A stretch of DNA of 64,000 bases, filler included, from Sphacelaria rigidula (GCA_964200075.2; 10 parts of 10 records of this genome joined end to end with filler, not necessarily neighbours in it); one strand, 5' to 3'. Shown: positions 1 to 12,824, counted from the first letter of the whole stretch. Notes: generated by a model not told the origin, from the letters alone. A program made the numbers and translations.

Positions 1-71
1 GACAGGGAAAGCACGGGTTTTGAGTTGAACCTCATTCTTGTTTTCAACCCCATTTTCGAGAATCGGCTGTT
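1..71. mobile_element. Right arm of a palindromic MITE (same family as 4903-5322), truncated by window start
   Basis: GGGAAAGCACGG...GTTGAACCTCATT...CAACCCCATTTTC...CTGTT matches ~5256-5322. Confidence 0.75.
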
Positions 72-849
72 GGTTCGTGCTTGAAATTCAAACTTATGTT
101 ATTCGTACTATTGTAATTGTTACCACAACAACCGCCGCATGATAAATCGGAACAGTTGTTTTCTGGGTCGTTTCCGTTTCCAAGATCAAGACAAACACGT
201 ATCGGCGCTCAGTGAAAGGCTTCGTAATACGCCCCACAAGGCACCGATTCCAAGTGAAACACGATTGGAACATTGCAGAGACATGAACGGGAATGCTGAA
301 CAGTTGAGGGCTCGTCTAGCCCATAAACCCACATGATCGAGGGATAATTTCAAAGGCTGCGTTCGTTGTCGTCAAGCGCAACACCCCCGCGTCGCGGGGT
401 AGTCCGTCATTGGTTCTATTGAGGAGAACCCGAGACGGTGAAACGGAAGACGCTAGACCTGTGACAGAATTTCTTCACCCGATATATTGATTCAACGTTT
501 GGGACGCATCTACTGCGGGACTTGAGACTCTGAAGATAGCCGAACTTATCGACCTAGGGGTGTTATACAACACACATCTATGGAAAATGGCTGAAAAGGA
601 GCGGCTGTACATTCTACGGATGAGGATCCAAACGCACGGTACGATGGGTGATACTATACAATAACTGAGTGAAATAGATCTGGCTGATTGCCAGCAGTTT
701 TTATTTTTATTTTTATTTGCAGTCGTGAGGCTTTCATGTTACGGGCGTCGACAGAAATCGATGCACCAACTTCGGATCAGATCGCAGATCGCAGCGAGTT
801 GCTGCCTAGCCAGCCCTTGTGGATGCTAGGGTAGCAAGCTGCCGCGAGT

Positions 850-975
850 ATGCGTTTGTCAAGATTATGGGGTATCGTCGTCATTTTGGCGCTGCGGGTG
901 TGCTGCATCTACGCTGTTCCGGGCAGGACCGCCAAGGACAGCAGCAGCAGCGCTAACAGCCCGGAAGCCTATACG
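850..975 (+). CDS. Candidate first exon of a secreted protein of unknown function
   Basis: ATG850; MRLSRLWGIVVILALRVCCIYAVPGRTAKDSSSSANSPEAYT has a basic N-terminus and hydrophobic core; ends at a phase-0 ACG|GTAAGA donor; downstream exons not resolved. Confidence 0.4.
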
Positions 976-2156
976 GTAAGATCACGACGACACACTTGGC
1001 GATACAACGTAGTACGAGAGTGGATGTAGGCAGATAGGGAGAGAGGGCGAGATGTGCTGTTTCGCGTGTATTCGTGCTGTTGCTTCGTTGGATCCTCTTG
1101 TTCGGTGATTGTGCTGCCCGCACAAGACAAGTCACTCGCCATTGCTGCAGTGACAATATCGGCAGACAGCTACCTCAGGTTAGTGATGCAGTGTGGCGTT
1201 ACATAGTCTGTCATGCACGTGTTCCGATCCTGCCAGTCACTCTGTGCAGTTCAACAATCTATACACACAGTGGTTTGTTTCTCATGCCTGTCTTGAGCCT
1301 CGAGGAAACAACGTTGATGTACAACACGGTACACTAGCTAGGAGGTTGGTCTCGAAGAAGGGAGCGTTTCAGGGGCAGCGTCGGCCGGTCTCTGGTTGCC
1401 GTCTGATGGTGGGCTGTAGTATCCAGACCATATTGTACAGCAGTGATTATACGTGGTGTCATTTGGCGCCAACGGCAGCCGACCTGAACAACATCTTGTT
1501 TTCACTCTGGCCAAATGGCGTCCGAGCCACTCGGTGGTGACCGTGGTGTCGGGCGGCACTACTGTACACCACTGTGCTGGCCTGGACAACGTGTTGCGCA
1601 GCTGACCAACGTGCTATTTAGGCTGCGATGGTACTGTCGACGGTGCTGTATCGCGACCGCTGCAAGGTGCATGCCTCTCTTTGCTCTGAAGCGTTGCTAC
1701 TACTGGGCACATGGTTGGAATGGACGATGCGGTTAGGATTTGAATCGCAGGACCGACTGTAGTGTAGTGTAGTGTAGCGCAGTGTAGTCTATTGTAGTGT
1801 ACTGGACCGTGTAAAGCACTGTTATTCCCGTCTCCCCGCGAGCTATAACGCTAGTTATCTCCAGCATTCCTGCTCACGTTCAATGAACGCGCTGTTTTAT
1901 TGTCCTGTACAGGAAGTACTGGACGGTATACAGGTACTGTACAGGTACGGTACGGGTACAGTACAGTCTGTAGTGTACTTACTCACCGACGTACCGCACT
2001 CGCTGCACCGCCGACTGTACTGCAGTGTTTGTATTTGCCCCCTCCCTACGGTGCTCCTGGACGTGCCCAACATGCACTATCTCTTCGTGTTGTTGCTATC
2101 TAGACGCATTTCACACACAAAAAAGTCGTCTTCGAGATTGTTTTCGAAACTTTATA

Positions 2157-2381
2157 CTCGTGTAATGCGTGAGAGGACCGCGTGTTTAGAGGACCGCGCC
2201 GTAGTTCAAAAGACATCAGGATCGACGTTTTTCAAAACCAACCGGGTCAGTCCCTGCAGGTACTGCGCCCCTGACCCTAACCCCAACACTAACCCTACCC
2301 CTACCCCTAACCATACGAGTAGGGGTGTTCAAATTCCGATGCGGTCCTCTAAGCACGCGGTCCTCTCACGCATTACACTCG
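2157..2381. mobile_element. 225-bp TA-flanked MITE (Tc1/mariner-type) with an internal telomere-like tract
   Basis: ~40-bp TIR GTGTAATGCGTGAGAGGACCGCGTG(T/C)TTAGAGGACCGC; TA at 2155-2156 and 2382-2383; degenerate CCCTAA repeats ~2271-2312. Confidence 0.75.
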
Positions 2382-4266
2382 TACAGTACAGTACAGCTTT
2401 CAGCTTTCAGTCAGTCACCTACCGTATGCCAGTACATGAATTCCATCTCAAGCCATGATGAGAACAGCGAAGGTTTCGTTGTGAACGGTTTTCACCCACG
2501 CGTTACCTACATCCGACATGCAGTCTCAACAATGCGTACGTGATCACATCGCGGCACCTCAAGCGACCCGCATCATCATAATCGCTCCCAACAAAATCGC
2601 AAGTTCTTCTGTCAGCACGGTTCAGTTGTGATGTGTGCTATAACAGGAGTTGTGTGTACGCCAATCTGAGACACAGTCCAAGTGACTGCACATTGTTCTT
2701 GAGGGGGTGGGGCGGCATGCTGTGACATGTGCAGATATTGATTGTCGCACATCTTGATAACAAGAGAAAACCGTCAAATCCATCCGGGGGACATGGCAAT
2801 ACGGGCGCGCTGATATGAAACTCTTACTTCGGCTAAGGCTCCAGACCTTTCCACGGAGGTTTCCAGAAGAACGTCTGCTGCCACTCTACCGTACATGCCA
2901 ACTTTTTTCGTCATCAGTCGCTGGATACAATTGTGAAAAACAGCCAGCGTGGCATCGCTCTCCACTACACACGGTGTACTGCACGCTGCTGGCGTCTCTG
3001 CTCAGTGTTCCTCAGCGACACTGCAGACAGTGTGGCGATATGGTGGCAACACAACCAGAGAGGTCAGCAGGTAGCGCAGACAAGCAGTAGAGTGAAAAAC
3101 ACCCTCTTTGCCTTCGTGCGGCGTTCCTATGGTCGAGTGCCGTGGCCAAAATAGTCAATTACAGCCGCGAAGCAAGGTATTATAGTCCATCTGTACTCCA
3201 TTTGTAGGGGAACAAAGTGACCATTCTGACCAATCACAACCCTCAAGATGGTCACAACCTCCCTCTTGGGCGTCTTTCCCTGCCCAGGACTTTCTGCGGG
3301 AAACTTGCAGCCACACACGGTGGACTTCGTAAGCTTCCCAACTGTTCTGTGCACAGGCGCCCAGCCCCCCGGCACAAGCCCCCCCCCCCCCCCCCCCCCC
3401 CCCTGGAAACCCCTGGATGTCCCTGCATGGACTATCAGCCGGCGAAATTGTTCTGAGGCGAGGCTCCAATTCAAAGGGTCACTAACGTCTTGAATGCACC
3501 GAATTAGCGGCGCAACTACAGCGGCGGAATATTAGCCTACAAGTTGCTATAATATTCAAATAAATTGGTCAGGACCCGTCGGTGGAAGTGCGGCGACTTC
3601 GCGTTAAGTTGGCGAAGCCGGACTTGACCCAATCTTGACAGAAAATATGTTTATTACCCTCACGACTTCGATAGCGCAGCTCACACTGTTTTCGGGAAAT
3701 TGAGAGTATAGCGTTGATTGAGAGCATGTTTGATAATTCGATTCGCTTCAACTGGACCAATTTCTCATTCTGTCTCTCTGTGTGTGTTCTTTGCATGTAA
3801 CTCTGGCGTGTGCTCAGAGCTACACGTCGATATCCTACTCAGGGAACCAAGTGCTTTAGCGGCAAGAAACTGCAGAAAACATAAACATATCGGGCCTGGT
3901 GGAGGATCATTTCGGAACTGAAACTACTCACTCAGTAATAGTTGACCGCTTTTCACTCTCAGTCGTATCTTCTACTTTCAATCTCACGAAAACATTGTTA
4001 GCTGCGATTTCCGGGTTGCCTTTTTTGATGATGTGCCTCGAACACTTCTATCTAGCAATGTCGGATGCAAAATGCCCCATTTTCCTCTGAAATAGGGGCC
4101 CATCAGTAAGAACAGCAGAGCACTAATGAAGGAAGAGAAAGCCATTGAAAGATGCGGTAGAGAACAATAATAAAAAACATTCGTGCGGGTATTATACAGA
4201 GAATCAGAAGTAGAAAAAAGTAGGGTAAGGAGTCGTACAGAAAAGCGGAGGGAGACAAAGAGAAAA

Positions 4267-4711
4267 AGCAGTCGTCCATCGGAATTGAGGGTGGAGCTTT
4301 TCATTGAGGATGACAACCCGGAGGATTCAGATCTTCGTATCCATAACATATCTTCGAAATATAGTTCCATTCCTTCACCTACTGGTAGCTATTGACAACT
4401 GTTAGAAGCCATACAAATTTGAAGATCTGTAACCGAAATGTTAGGGTCCTGGGTGAAATACCAATTTTGGGGAATTTCGGCGATCCGATCGGATCACCTA
4501 AATTCCCCAAAATTATTTCTTCATCTAGAACCCCAATATTTCGGTTATCGAAATCCAAGGTTGTAGGGCGTGTAGCAGATGTTCAATAGCTGCCGGTAGG
4601 TGGAGGAATGGATCCTTATATCGAAGATTTGGTGTGAATACGAAGACATCAATCCTCCGAGTTCTCATCCTCAAGGATAAGCTCCATCCTCAATTTCGAT
4701 GATCGGCTGTC
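4267..4711. mobile_element. 445-bp whole-length palindromic MITE, probable 4-bp TSD AAAA
   Basis: Arms inverted around GATCCGATCGGATC (4482-4495); arms homologous to 60203-60900; AAAA at 4263-4266 and 4712-4715. Confidence 0.75.
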
Positions 4712-4902
4712 AAAAGCGAAAAAAATATGAGCAATGAGGAAGAGGAGAAAGAGCAACGTAGGCGAGTTGTAGTGGATGAAAAAAAAAAACGAAAACATAA
4801 TTAAGACCAGTAACAAAAAGGTACTCGCCTTCGAAGGCTTGTTGACACAAAATTATGTACGGCAGGTGCAATATCTGTATTTCTCGTAGGGGTGGATGGG
4901 TC

Positions 4903-5322
4903 AACAGTGGATTCTCGAAAATGAGGTTGAAAAAAATGAGGTTCAACTCAAACGCCGTGCTTTCATTGACCTAAATTCATGACCAATTACCTTCATATGG
5001 ACAACCTCATCCCTCCCAAACTCCCTGAAACTATTTCGGGAGGTATCTAAACTTCCGTTCCCCCAAAGGGTGTGTGCGACACCACAAATTTTGCCTCGAT
5101 TTTGGGGTGAAAAAATGTGATTTTTGGCCCAAAAATCGTGTTTTCGCACATACCCTTTGGGGGACGGGAGGCTAAAAGTCCCCCGTAAAAGTTTTAGGCA
5201 GGTTGGGAGTGACAGGGTCGTCCATATGAAAGTCATTTGTCATGAATTTTGGTTGGGGAAAGCACGGCTTCTAGGTTGAACCTCATTTTGTTTCCCAACC
5301 CCATTTTCAAGCATCCACTGTT
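4903..5322. mobile_element. 420-bp whole-length palindromic MITE, 4-bp TSD GGTC
   Basis: Ends AACAGTGGAT...ATCCACTGTT; arms pair to a centre near 5110; GGTC at 4899-4902 and 5323-5326. Confidence 0.8.
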
Positions 5323-5729
5323 GGTCGGGATGTAGATCGGCTAGGGTTATTTTTTTTCTGTTTAGAAGCTTTTTGGACAAAGGGAGGGCAATACTGCACA
5401 AGGCACCTCGGGTTCGACTTCTCCATCAAATTCCAAGCGGGATGGTTGATTCATGACTCGAGTATTTACGCGGAAAATGCCCAATAAAGTATTTACGGAA
5501 AGGTCTCGTGCTCGCGCATTCTTGAAAGGATGACATCAACAAATGATTGTGAAATGTTCAAGCTGGGCCGACTAGAAGTTCCTACTATTGGCGGTTGGAA
5601 AATCACGAGCACCTAAATTTGAGGAGTTAAGGAGAGGCTGAAATTTTGACAGGATATTTATATCATCAATAAGCGGAAGATATCCAAAGCAACAAAGACA
5701 AAAAGAGGGAAAAAAAAACAGAGAATTTT

Positions 5730-6025
5730 GGGCTGGGCCGGCCTAGACGCGAATTTGTAGTTTGCAAACCCCGTCTAGGCTCAATTTTGAGAGTTGGACT
5801 TTCAAATTTGGCAGGGAGAAATAATAGGGCGTGGTAAAACAACAACTTGAGACGGAAATGTGATATTTTCCATGAGTATATGGCGACTATCACTACCAAG
5901 TTCTCAGAAAAATGGCGTTAACTCACGAAAAATAAAATTTCCGTCCCCCGTTGTTTTCTTTGTGCCCAATTCACTCTCTGTGCCAAATTTGAAAGTTCAA
6001 CACCTAAAATTGAGTCTAGACGGGG
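5730..6025. mobile_element. Degenerate palindromic (foldback) element related to 19237-19546
   Basis: CCCCGTCTAG(G/A)CTCAATTTT...CTTTCAAATTTGGCA inverted at ~5769 and ~6025; GCTGGGCCGGCCTAGA (5732) matches the reverse complement of ~19530-19546. Confidence 0.55.
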
Positions 6026-6312
6026 CGTCTTAGGAATCGGGTCGAGGAAAATCGGAACAGTATTTTGCAGGCCATTTGCCGGCTCAGGGTTGTTACTTTT
6101 GTTTTGAAATTTCGTGTGGGATCTCACTAGGCCGTAATGAAATAAAAAAATGTGGGACCTCTTTGTTGTTTTCCTCTTGTTTAGGCTACTTCTTATGTAT
6201 GAAAAAATAAATCTTGTTGAAAAGTGCATTTTTGATCCTTCTCGATCGTTTTTCGCCCGAAAAGAGGGCCAGGCGGATGCTGACACCTTGGAATGACTTG
6301 CTGTGCTCGTTG

Positions 6313-6412
6313 NNNNNNNNNNNNNNNNNNNNNNNNNNNNNNNNNNNNNNNNNNNNTTAATTAATTAANNNNNNNNNNNNNNNNNNNNNNNNNNNNNNNN
6401 NNNNNNNNNNNN
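6313..6412. other. Artificial contig linker
   Basis: N44-TTAATTAATTAA-N44. Confidence 0.98.
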
Positions 6413-6484
6413 TCTGTGTTCGTTCGTGCTGTCTTGTCTCTCTGTTGTTGCGTCTCGGGTGTGGGGGGGGGGGGGGGGGCAGCA

Positions 6485-6726
6485 GGGTGTACTCATGATC
6501 TTGCATGCCGAATCACCACTGACCACGCTCGCAATCAATCACCCAGCGCGAGGCGCGGTGATGTTCGGCGAGTCGCATAAAGGGTGGGGTGCATCCTACT
6601 GAGATTGTCCGGCCCGAAGCGTACTGATTATCTTGCATGTGGATGACAGCCTTGGGTGAGTTGCTTCATTTACTATAATGGTATCGCCACATCGGGGGAC
6701 AGCCACGGGTTACACTACTTCATGGG
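6485..6726 (+). repeat. Interspersed repeat family A (short form)
   Basis: GGGTGTACTCATGATC...GGCGAGTCGCAT...GGTATCGCCAC...GACAGCCACGG...CATGGG; recurs at 8757, 12490, 36947, 38470, 44881, 51141, 57703. Confidence 0.8.
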
Positions 6727-8454
6727 TTCCCACGAGGGAGTGTGTATTGTCAAGGGAGGACCCTGTTTGAGGGGGAAGGTGCGTGTTCCCAGATCGTCGG
6801 AAACAGCTTTCTAGGCCAATCATGTATGTTCCCGGGGATTTCTAGCTCGGGCAACAAATCAGACGAGACTGGAGTCACCGTTTTTTATGGTTATTACTGG
6901 TCGAATGATTACTCCCTGTTTACCTACAAAATGCCCAAAATTGCCCACCTGGTCAAGATGTATTTGACCATTTCTGCAAGGACCATTCAACTAACAAAGC
7001 ACACGGAAAAAAATAGGGTAATTTTTGCTCCTCTCGCCGTCTTCATGACCTGCTTGTCCCCTCTTGTATTTTCTAGATAACTGCATGCACTGTCGTGAAA
7101 CACTACAGTAGGACGAGATGAAAACAGCGTAAAGACTGTGCAGTGCAATAACACGCTGTTTTGTAGTGACTGATTCATTCAATCGCTGGTGATACAAGTT
7201 TGCATGTACGGTATAGCAACAGCGCAGTAGAGTACAGTCGAGGCAATGTCACATGCAGGGCAACATCGAACCATGCTCGAGGTGTGCCAGCACTGCCTCA
7301 GAGTATCGAGACTGCAGAAGCATAAGGCAGGTAGTACATTGCTAGCGTATGACGCAGTGAAAGTGATAGCCAGCGTACGTCACTTCCATAGCGTGAAAAC
7401 AAGAACCGGGCGAAATTGGCCCAGCGAAAACGTACGCACACTTGACATGACTCGGAACCAGTCAGGGACTTCCCAAAGCTGATTGATATCCGTACAAATG
7501 TTCAAGAGCCACCCGTTCACGTCAATAAGCGTGCTGCACCACTAGCAACACAGTAAGTTCGAGCCCGAGTCGACGAATGGCGTTCTGGGGTGAAGCACTC
7601 AGGTCGCTAGTCGACCGTCAGTTGAGTGGTCTTTGGAGAGGTTCAGAATTTTGTCGTTATTTGTGGGTAAAGATTCACGCATGTGCCCTTCGGCACAATT
7701 TTTCGTTCCTGAGCCATGACTAGCACAATTTTTGGTATTCACACCAATCACGCCATACAAAAAAATCAGTGATGGTGGTTGCGCCAGTAGTCATGCACAC
7801 ATGAGTGCGCACAACAGAAACATGATACAATGCGTAAAGGGGGAAAATAAGATGCACCAGCCTCCTCAACTGCGGCATAAGGTTTTTGCACACCTATTGG
7901 CTGTAGAAGTTTATCATCCTTGGAAATCCATGTCTGACTGGCATCCATTATTCGCCTACACGCGACAACCATTCTCGAAAAACACGCGGGAGTAGTAGGA
8001 ACAAGCACTCGAAACACGTAATACGGGCGGTCAAGGGTAAAAAAGAGTGCGTCATTGTCCAGTGGCAGAATTGATAACAGATATTTCGGAACAGTGTTTC
8101 AACGACCAGCCAATAATATCTGCGGTGCACTGTTGTCGAGCGCAGACGAGAACACGTATGAAACAGCCGACTACATAGATTACGAGACAACATATCACAC
8201 TTGCACTGCACTGGCATAGTAGGACGTTGTCTACCACCACACAATCAAGCTGTAGGACTCGATTCTTGCGTGCCTGTGGCAGCACACAACACCATAATCC
8301 GTGAACGGCGATGTCTTTCTGCATGCCCCTGGCGAGGCAGCATGCTTCTGGGCTACCTTTATCCGGCGCTTGCTTCGGCCAAGACTGCTGTGCAACAGGA
8401 TCCCACGGCGTTCACGCAATGGATGACATATTGGTGAGTTTATCAACCAAAGTT

Positions 8455-8616
8455 TTTTTTTTCTTAGTCTACTCTGTTTGTTCTACCTTCTCGGGTTTTC
8501 TTTTCCTTTTCAGCGAGTGTTTCAGTTTCGTTTTGTCTCAGGCACGTCCATCATGTGAAGAGTGGGATCCCTGGGGGGTGAGTGAAAGTGCGGCAATCCA
8601 TCGAAATCAATCAATC
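8455..8616 (+). mobile_element. Dispersed copy of the LINE 3' tail ending in (CAAT)n
   Basis: TTCTTAGTCTACTCTGTTTG...GGATCCCTGG...GTGCGGCAATC...AATCAATC matches ~62190-62363. Confidence 0.7.
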
Positions 8617-8756
8617 TTGTACTGGTTGGTGTGCGGTAGTGAAGCTTATGTGATGATGCCGCGGGGTGGTGTAGGACTCACAAATTGCACAGTATCTCTA
8701 CCGTTTATTCGAGCCTGGGAGGACAGGGGGGGGGGCACGGGCGGGGGGGGGGGGAG

Positions 8757-9300
8757 GGGGTACTCGTGATTCTGCATACCGCAGTCATGAGACCATCGAC
8801 CTCGCATGCCGTAGTCAAAAGACCATTGACCTCGCATCCCTACAGAGCCGGGACGGAGCACGTCGGGTTTTTGCCGGACCAGGCTCGCAGTCAAACCACT
8901 AAGCGCGAAGCGCCGTGGCGAGTCGCATGAAGGGTGAGCGGCATCCTGCTAAGAGCGTTCGGTCTGAAGCGTACGGATGATCTTGCATTTGGGTGATAGC
9001 CTCGAATGAGTTGGTTCATTTTATGGTCTCGCCACTTCGAGGGACAGCCACGGGTTACACACTCCCCTATGGATGTTTCACAATTTAAACACTACGTAGT
9101 ACGATCATCCGCTTTGCATGGAGTTGACGTTCTCTACCCCACACAGTATTATCTAACTCAACCACCCGTCATGGTTGCTTGGTCTACGCCGTGATTGGCG
9201 TCTTTTACGGGGTCGTTGCCAACCGACGCCAACCCTCAAAGGGGGCGCACGGGGAGGGGTGGGGCGTGGCACCCCGTATCCAGCCAATAAGGCTACCAGG
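8757..9300 (+). repeat. Repeat family A, long form
   Basis: Family A core continues into TACGTAGTACGA...TTGCCAACCGACGCCAACCCT, shared with the minus-strand copy at 12170-12724. Confidence 0.75.
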
Positions 9301-10377
9301 TGCAATCAGACCTGTTAACTGAAGTTGACTCAAGTGTCGAGACTTTGTTGCTGAAATCGGAGAAGGAATGCACACGGTTGCGGAGATGTTAGCAAGAAGT
9401 TACCGCAAGTCAGAGACAGTAAAGAAGTGATATGTAACCTATAAGAGAACATATAGGCTTAGTAGCGCAGTTGCGCAGAAATCACCCCTCACACCCCGAC
9501 ACAAAAGGGGCAAGGAAAAGATCCGGCGACCTGCTCTTGGCGAATGTCTCCATGCATGGGGTCCACACTCGCAGATACTTCACACCCTGGACAATTCACT
9601 ACCTTGTCACAAAATGCACTGCGTACAGTATGGAATCCATGGTCTTTTGCAATAGACCCTATAGTCGACACTGTACGCAGTACACTTTTCGGCAATGTAG
9701 CGCACTGTCCTGGGTGTAAGATACTTGCAGCGGCAATTAGATTGTGGTCTAGCCGCTGTTTTTGCCCGAAATGAGGGGGTCAGGGGGGAACAGGTGGAGG
9801 TTGAACTTTGTGTTCAGGTGCCAAACTTAACCTGGCGGCAAATCTGAGGCAACACCAATGTGTAGGTGTTAGTGATCAAAAGCAAGCAGTAGCTGAGAGT
9901 TCAACAACGAAGCATGTGGGAGCAAGAACCGCTTGGTATGCACACGCTCCCTCCCCCCCCGTTCTTCATCATCTATATGTATATATATATTTGCCATGGC
10001 TGGTGAAAATTCAAGCGCAGCCTGTCGGGGGTCCGCTTTCGGTTCTCTACAAAAGTTTCAGTGATTCCTCTTGGAAGCGCGGCTATGATGAGTGCTCAAT
10101 CTGCGTAGGTTATGGCCCCCCGCGTTGCGAGTGTCATGAGGAGTTCCTGCACTATTGTGGTGCGCTTGCTGTAGGCATTGCTTAGGTTTCGACAATCGGT
10201 GTACGTCTCCGAGAGTAACTTTGTATTATGGCGACGTGATGCTGTCGTGGATCATCGAGGACATGTGTTTCTTGAACACTTGAGGGCTGCTACTCCTTGT
10301 CTGGTCCTGCCTGCTGACTCTATTTTTATCGATGGATTTGTGACGCGTGTCGTACGTACGCTGGAGGCGTGTGCGCT

Positions 10378-11034
10378 TCACCGCCGCTTTTCTTTTTTGC
10401 TTTTGACTTTTGCTTTTTCTTCATCCATGAGCAGGGTGGTGATCTCCGTGTTCGCCATGACGGAGATTCTATTCGACTTCTTCGTGTCCTGGTGAGTTTT
10501 GATTAAGTCACATTTACCGCACGTCATCCGCTTCATGTGTGTGTGTGTGTAGCTGCTATCTTGACGGGGCAAGACGGGTGGCAGGCAAGTAGCAAAATCC
10601 TGCCTGAAAGAGCCATATCTTGAAACTTTGTTTTATTTGTATGCCTCGATCGTGAGGTGGTTGTTGCAGAAATGGCTTCTGACAGCTTGATTGCCAAGGG
10701 GATGATGGTGGGCAATTTGTAGTGAAACAACGTGATCCATGAGACTCATTATGATTACTATTATTATTATCATTAATGTAGACTCGTATTTTTTCATTTT
10801 TAACGCCGCGAGATGAGGAGCACACTTTTTCAGAGTGTTACTAGGCATCTACAAACCTGGTACAGCGGTAGACTGGAAGGAGGGGTGAACGAACCAGCCT
10901 CGTCGGAGGGTTCGGTATTGATGCAACAGGGCATGAGTTGTTGATACATGCTAGCTGGAGGGCCATCCACGATCAGACTGAAATACTCAATAGCGACTTT
11001 ATCACCATATGATGGATCATTCGGGCACGAAAAC
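10378..11034 (-). CDS. Candidate exons of an unknown gene or pseudogene (11034-10857 and 10488-10378)
   Basis: CAG|g-FSCPNDPSYGDKVAIEYFSLIVDGPPASMYQQ...LPLYQ|GTTTGT (59 open codons), then a phase-compatible CAG|DTKKSNRISVMANTEITTLLMDEEKAKVKSKKEKRR*; no family recognised. Confidence 0.3.
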
Positions 11035-12169
11035 CTGCTGCAGCTCGGTGTTGGTCAAGCCTTTTGGAACCGTGGATGGGAAAAATAACGACTTACAATT
11101 GACGTTTTCTTTGGCAAGATGAGGTTATTTTTCTGCAAGTGTTGATGATGCAGCAGCCCATCAAAACGGTGCACCCCTCTAAGTTCAAGTATGCTAATGT
11201 GATAGATTCGTGCGCCGAACTGGAAGTGACGTTTTCCCGGTGACGAAAGCTCGCAGATGGGAGTTTGTCCTGTTTTTCGCGAGTTCCAAAATAGTTGAGC
11301 ACAGACTGTACGTCGACATCGCTGGCGGTACGGATTTCGATGCTAGCAGACAGACGGGGCAAGCGCTTGACATCAGCCTGTGAAAAGGGTACCTGTTCTG
11401 TTCTGACCGTGTATGAGCACACGATAGTTGCTGAGAAGTTCCGGTAGACATGGCAGGCTCAGACGTGACCCTAGAACCAGTACCGTTACTCAAGTGTACA
11501 GACATACTTGCCAGTTTAGTCATGAGTGTGACGACGCCCCACGGTGGCAGATCTTCTCCGGGCTTACGAGAATCCAGCAACTGGGTCTATTCAAAGTAAT
11601 AAACCTGACTATATTGTGTTTTCTCACGTGCGCATAGGCTTTGTAATGATTTAGGTGTGCTCTAGTGCAGAGACAGGATCTGAGCACGGTAAGTGGTGTG
11701 ACATTTATAAAGTATGAGTCAAGGCTGTGCTCTATTATACCTCTTATAGGCCCACATACTTTTCTGTACTTTGAACAAGATACACCAGCTACCTATCTTC
11801 TGTATCGACAATCTCCGTGGGAGAATTGTCTGTCGAGTTTGTGACCTCTACATAGCCATCCTCCACCCATCGTTGCGATTGCGGTCGGCTTATTAACTGT
11901 GACTTGAAGAAACAAGAAAATATCGCGATGATCTGGGCGGGATTACAAATTTGGGACCTCGTAGTCAATAAGCAATCAGAGGTATACCTCCTTGTGCCGC
12001 CTTTTTTTTCCCGTCATAGTTTTTCGTTAACCCCTCCTCCTCCTCGGGGCGAGTCCATGGTCGCAAGGGATGAACCCATTTCTCCATCGGTACACGTCTG
12101 GCATTCTAGTCTAGCGGGTTGGATCAACACTACCGCGCCGCGTCGACTCTCGTCAAACAAACTCTTGTA

Positions 12170-12724
12170 AAGGAAGAGGCCATGAGTCCTCGACAACCCC
12201 CCCCCCCCCGCCCCACCGCCAATCCTATCCTGGTTGGGCTGGAACCCGGCGTGCTCCATTCAGGCTTTGTAAGGACGGACCCCCTATAGGGTTGGCGTCG
12301 GTTGGCAATGACGGTGTAATACACCACTCACTGTGTACCCTAGGCAACCAGGTTATCGGTTTTGTTTTGCGCACTCGCGTTTTTTTGCGGTAACCATGAT
12401 GGTGGTCGAGCTAGATCATGTTGTGCGGCGTGGGAGAACCTCAACTCCGCACAATGGGGATGGTCGTACTACGTAACGCTTGAATGGTGAGACACCCATG
12501 AGGCAGTGCGTATGTAAGCCGTGACTGTCTCTGGAAGTGGCGATACCAGAAAATGAAGCACCTCATTGTAGGCTGTACAACAACAACACCCAAGTGCAAG
12601 ATAGTCAGTTTGCGTCAGGCCGAGCAATCTTAGTAGGATACAGCCCACCCTTCATGCGACTCGCCGAATACACCACGGCGCGTCGCGCTTGGTAATTGAG
12701 TGCGAGCCTGGTCCGGTGAAAACC
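12170..12724 (-). repeat. Repeat family A, long form, truncated by contig end
   Basis: Reverse complement of the 8757-9300 copy. Confidence 0.75.
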
Positions 12725-12824
12725 NNNNNNNNNNNNNNNNNNNNNNNNNNNNNNNNNNNNNNNNNNNNTTAATTAATTAANNNNNNNNNNNNNNNNNNNN
12801 NNNNNNNNNNNNNNNNNNNNNNNN
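12725..12824. other. Artificial contig linker
   Basis: N44-TTAATTAATTAA-N44. Confidence 0.98.

Noticed and set aside
6357..6368. TTAATTAATTAA as a biological motif
   Set aside because: Always centred between two 44-N runs; it is an assembly linker.
10093..10158. RING-like motif CSIC..CEC..LHYC
   Set aside because: Spacing is too short, the last ligands are missing, and there is no supporting exon structure.
8757..12724. Inverted family A copies as TIRs of one 4-kb element
   Set aside because: The copies are diverged members of a common dispersed family; no TSD is testable and there is no transposase between them.
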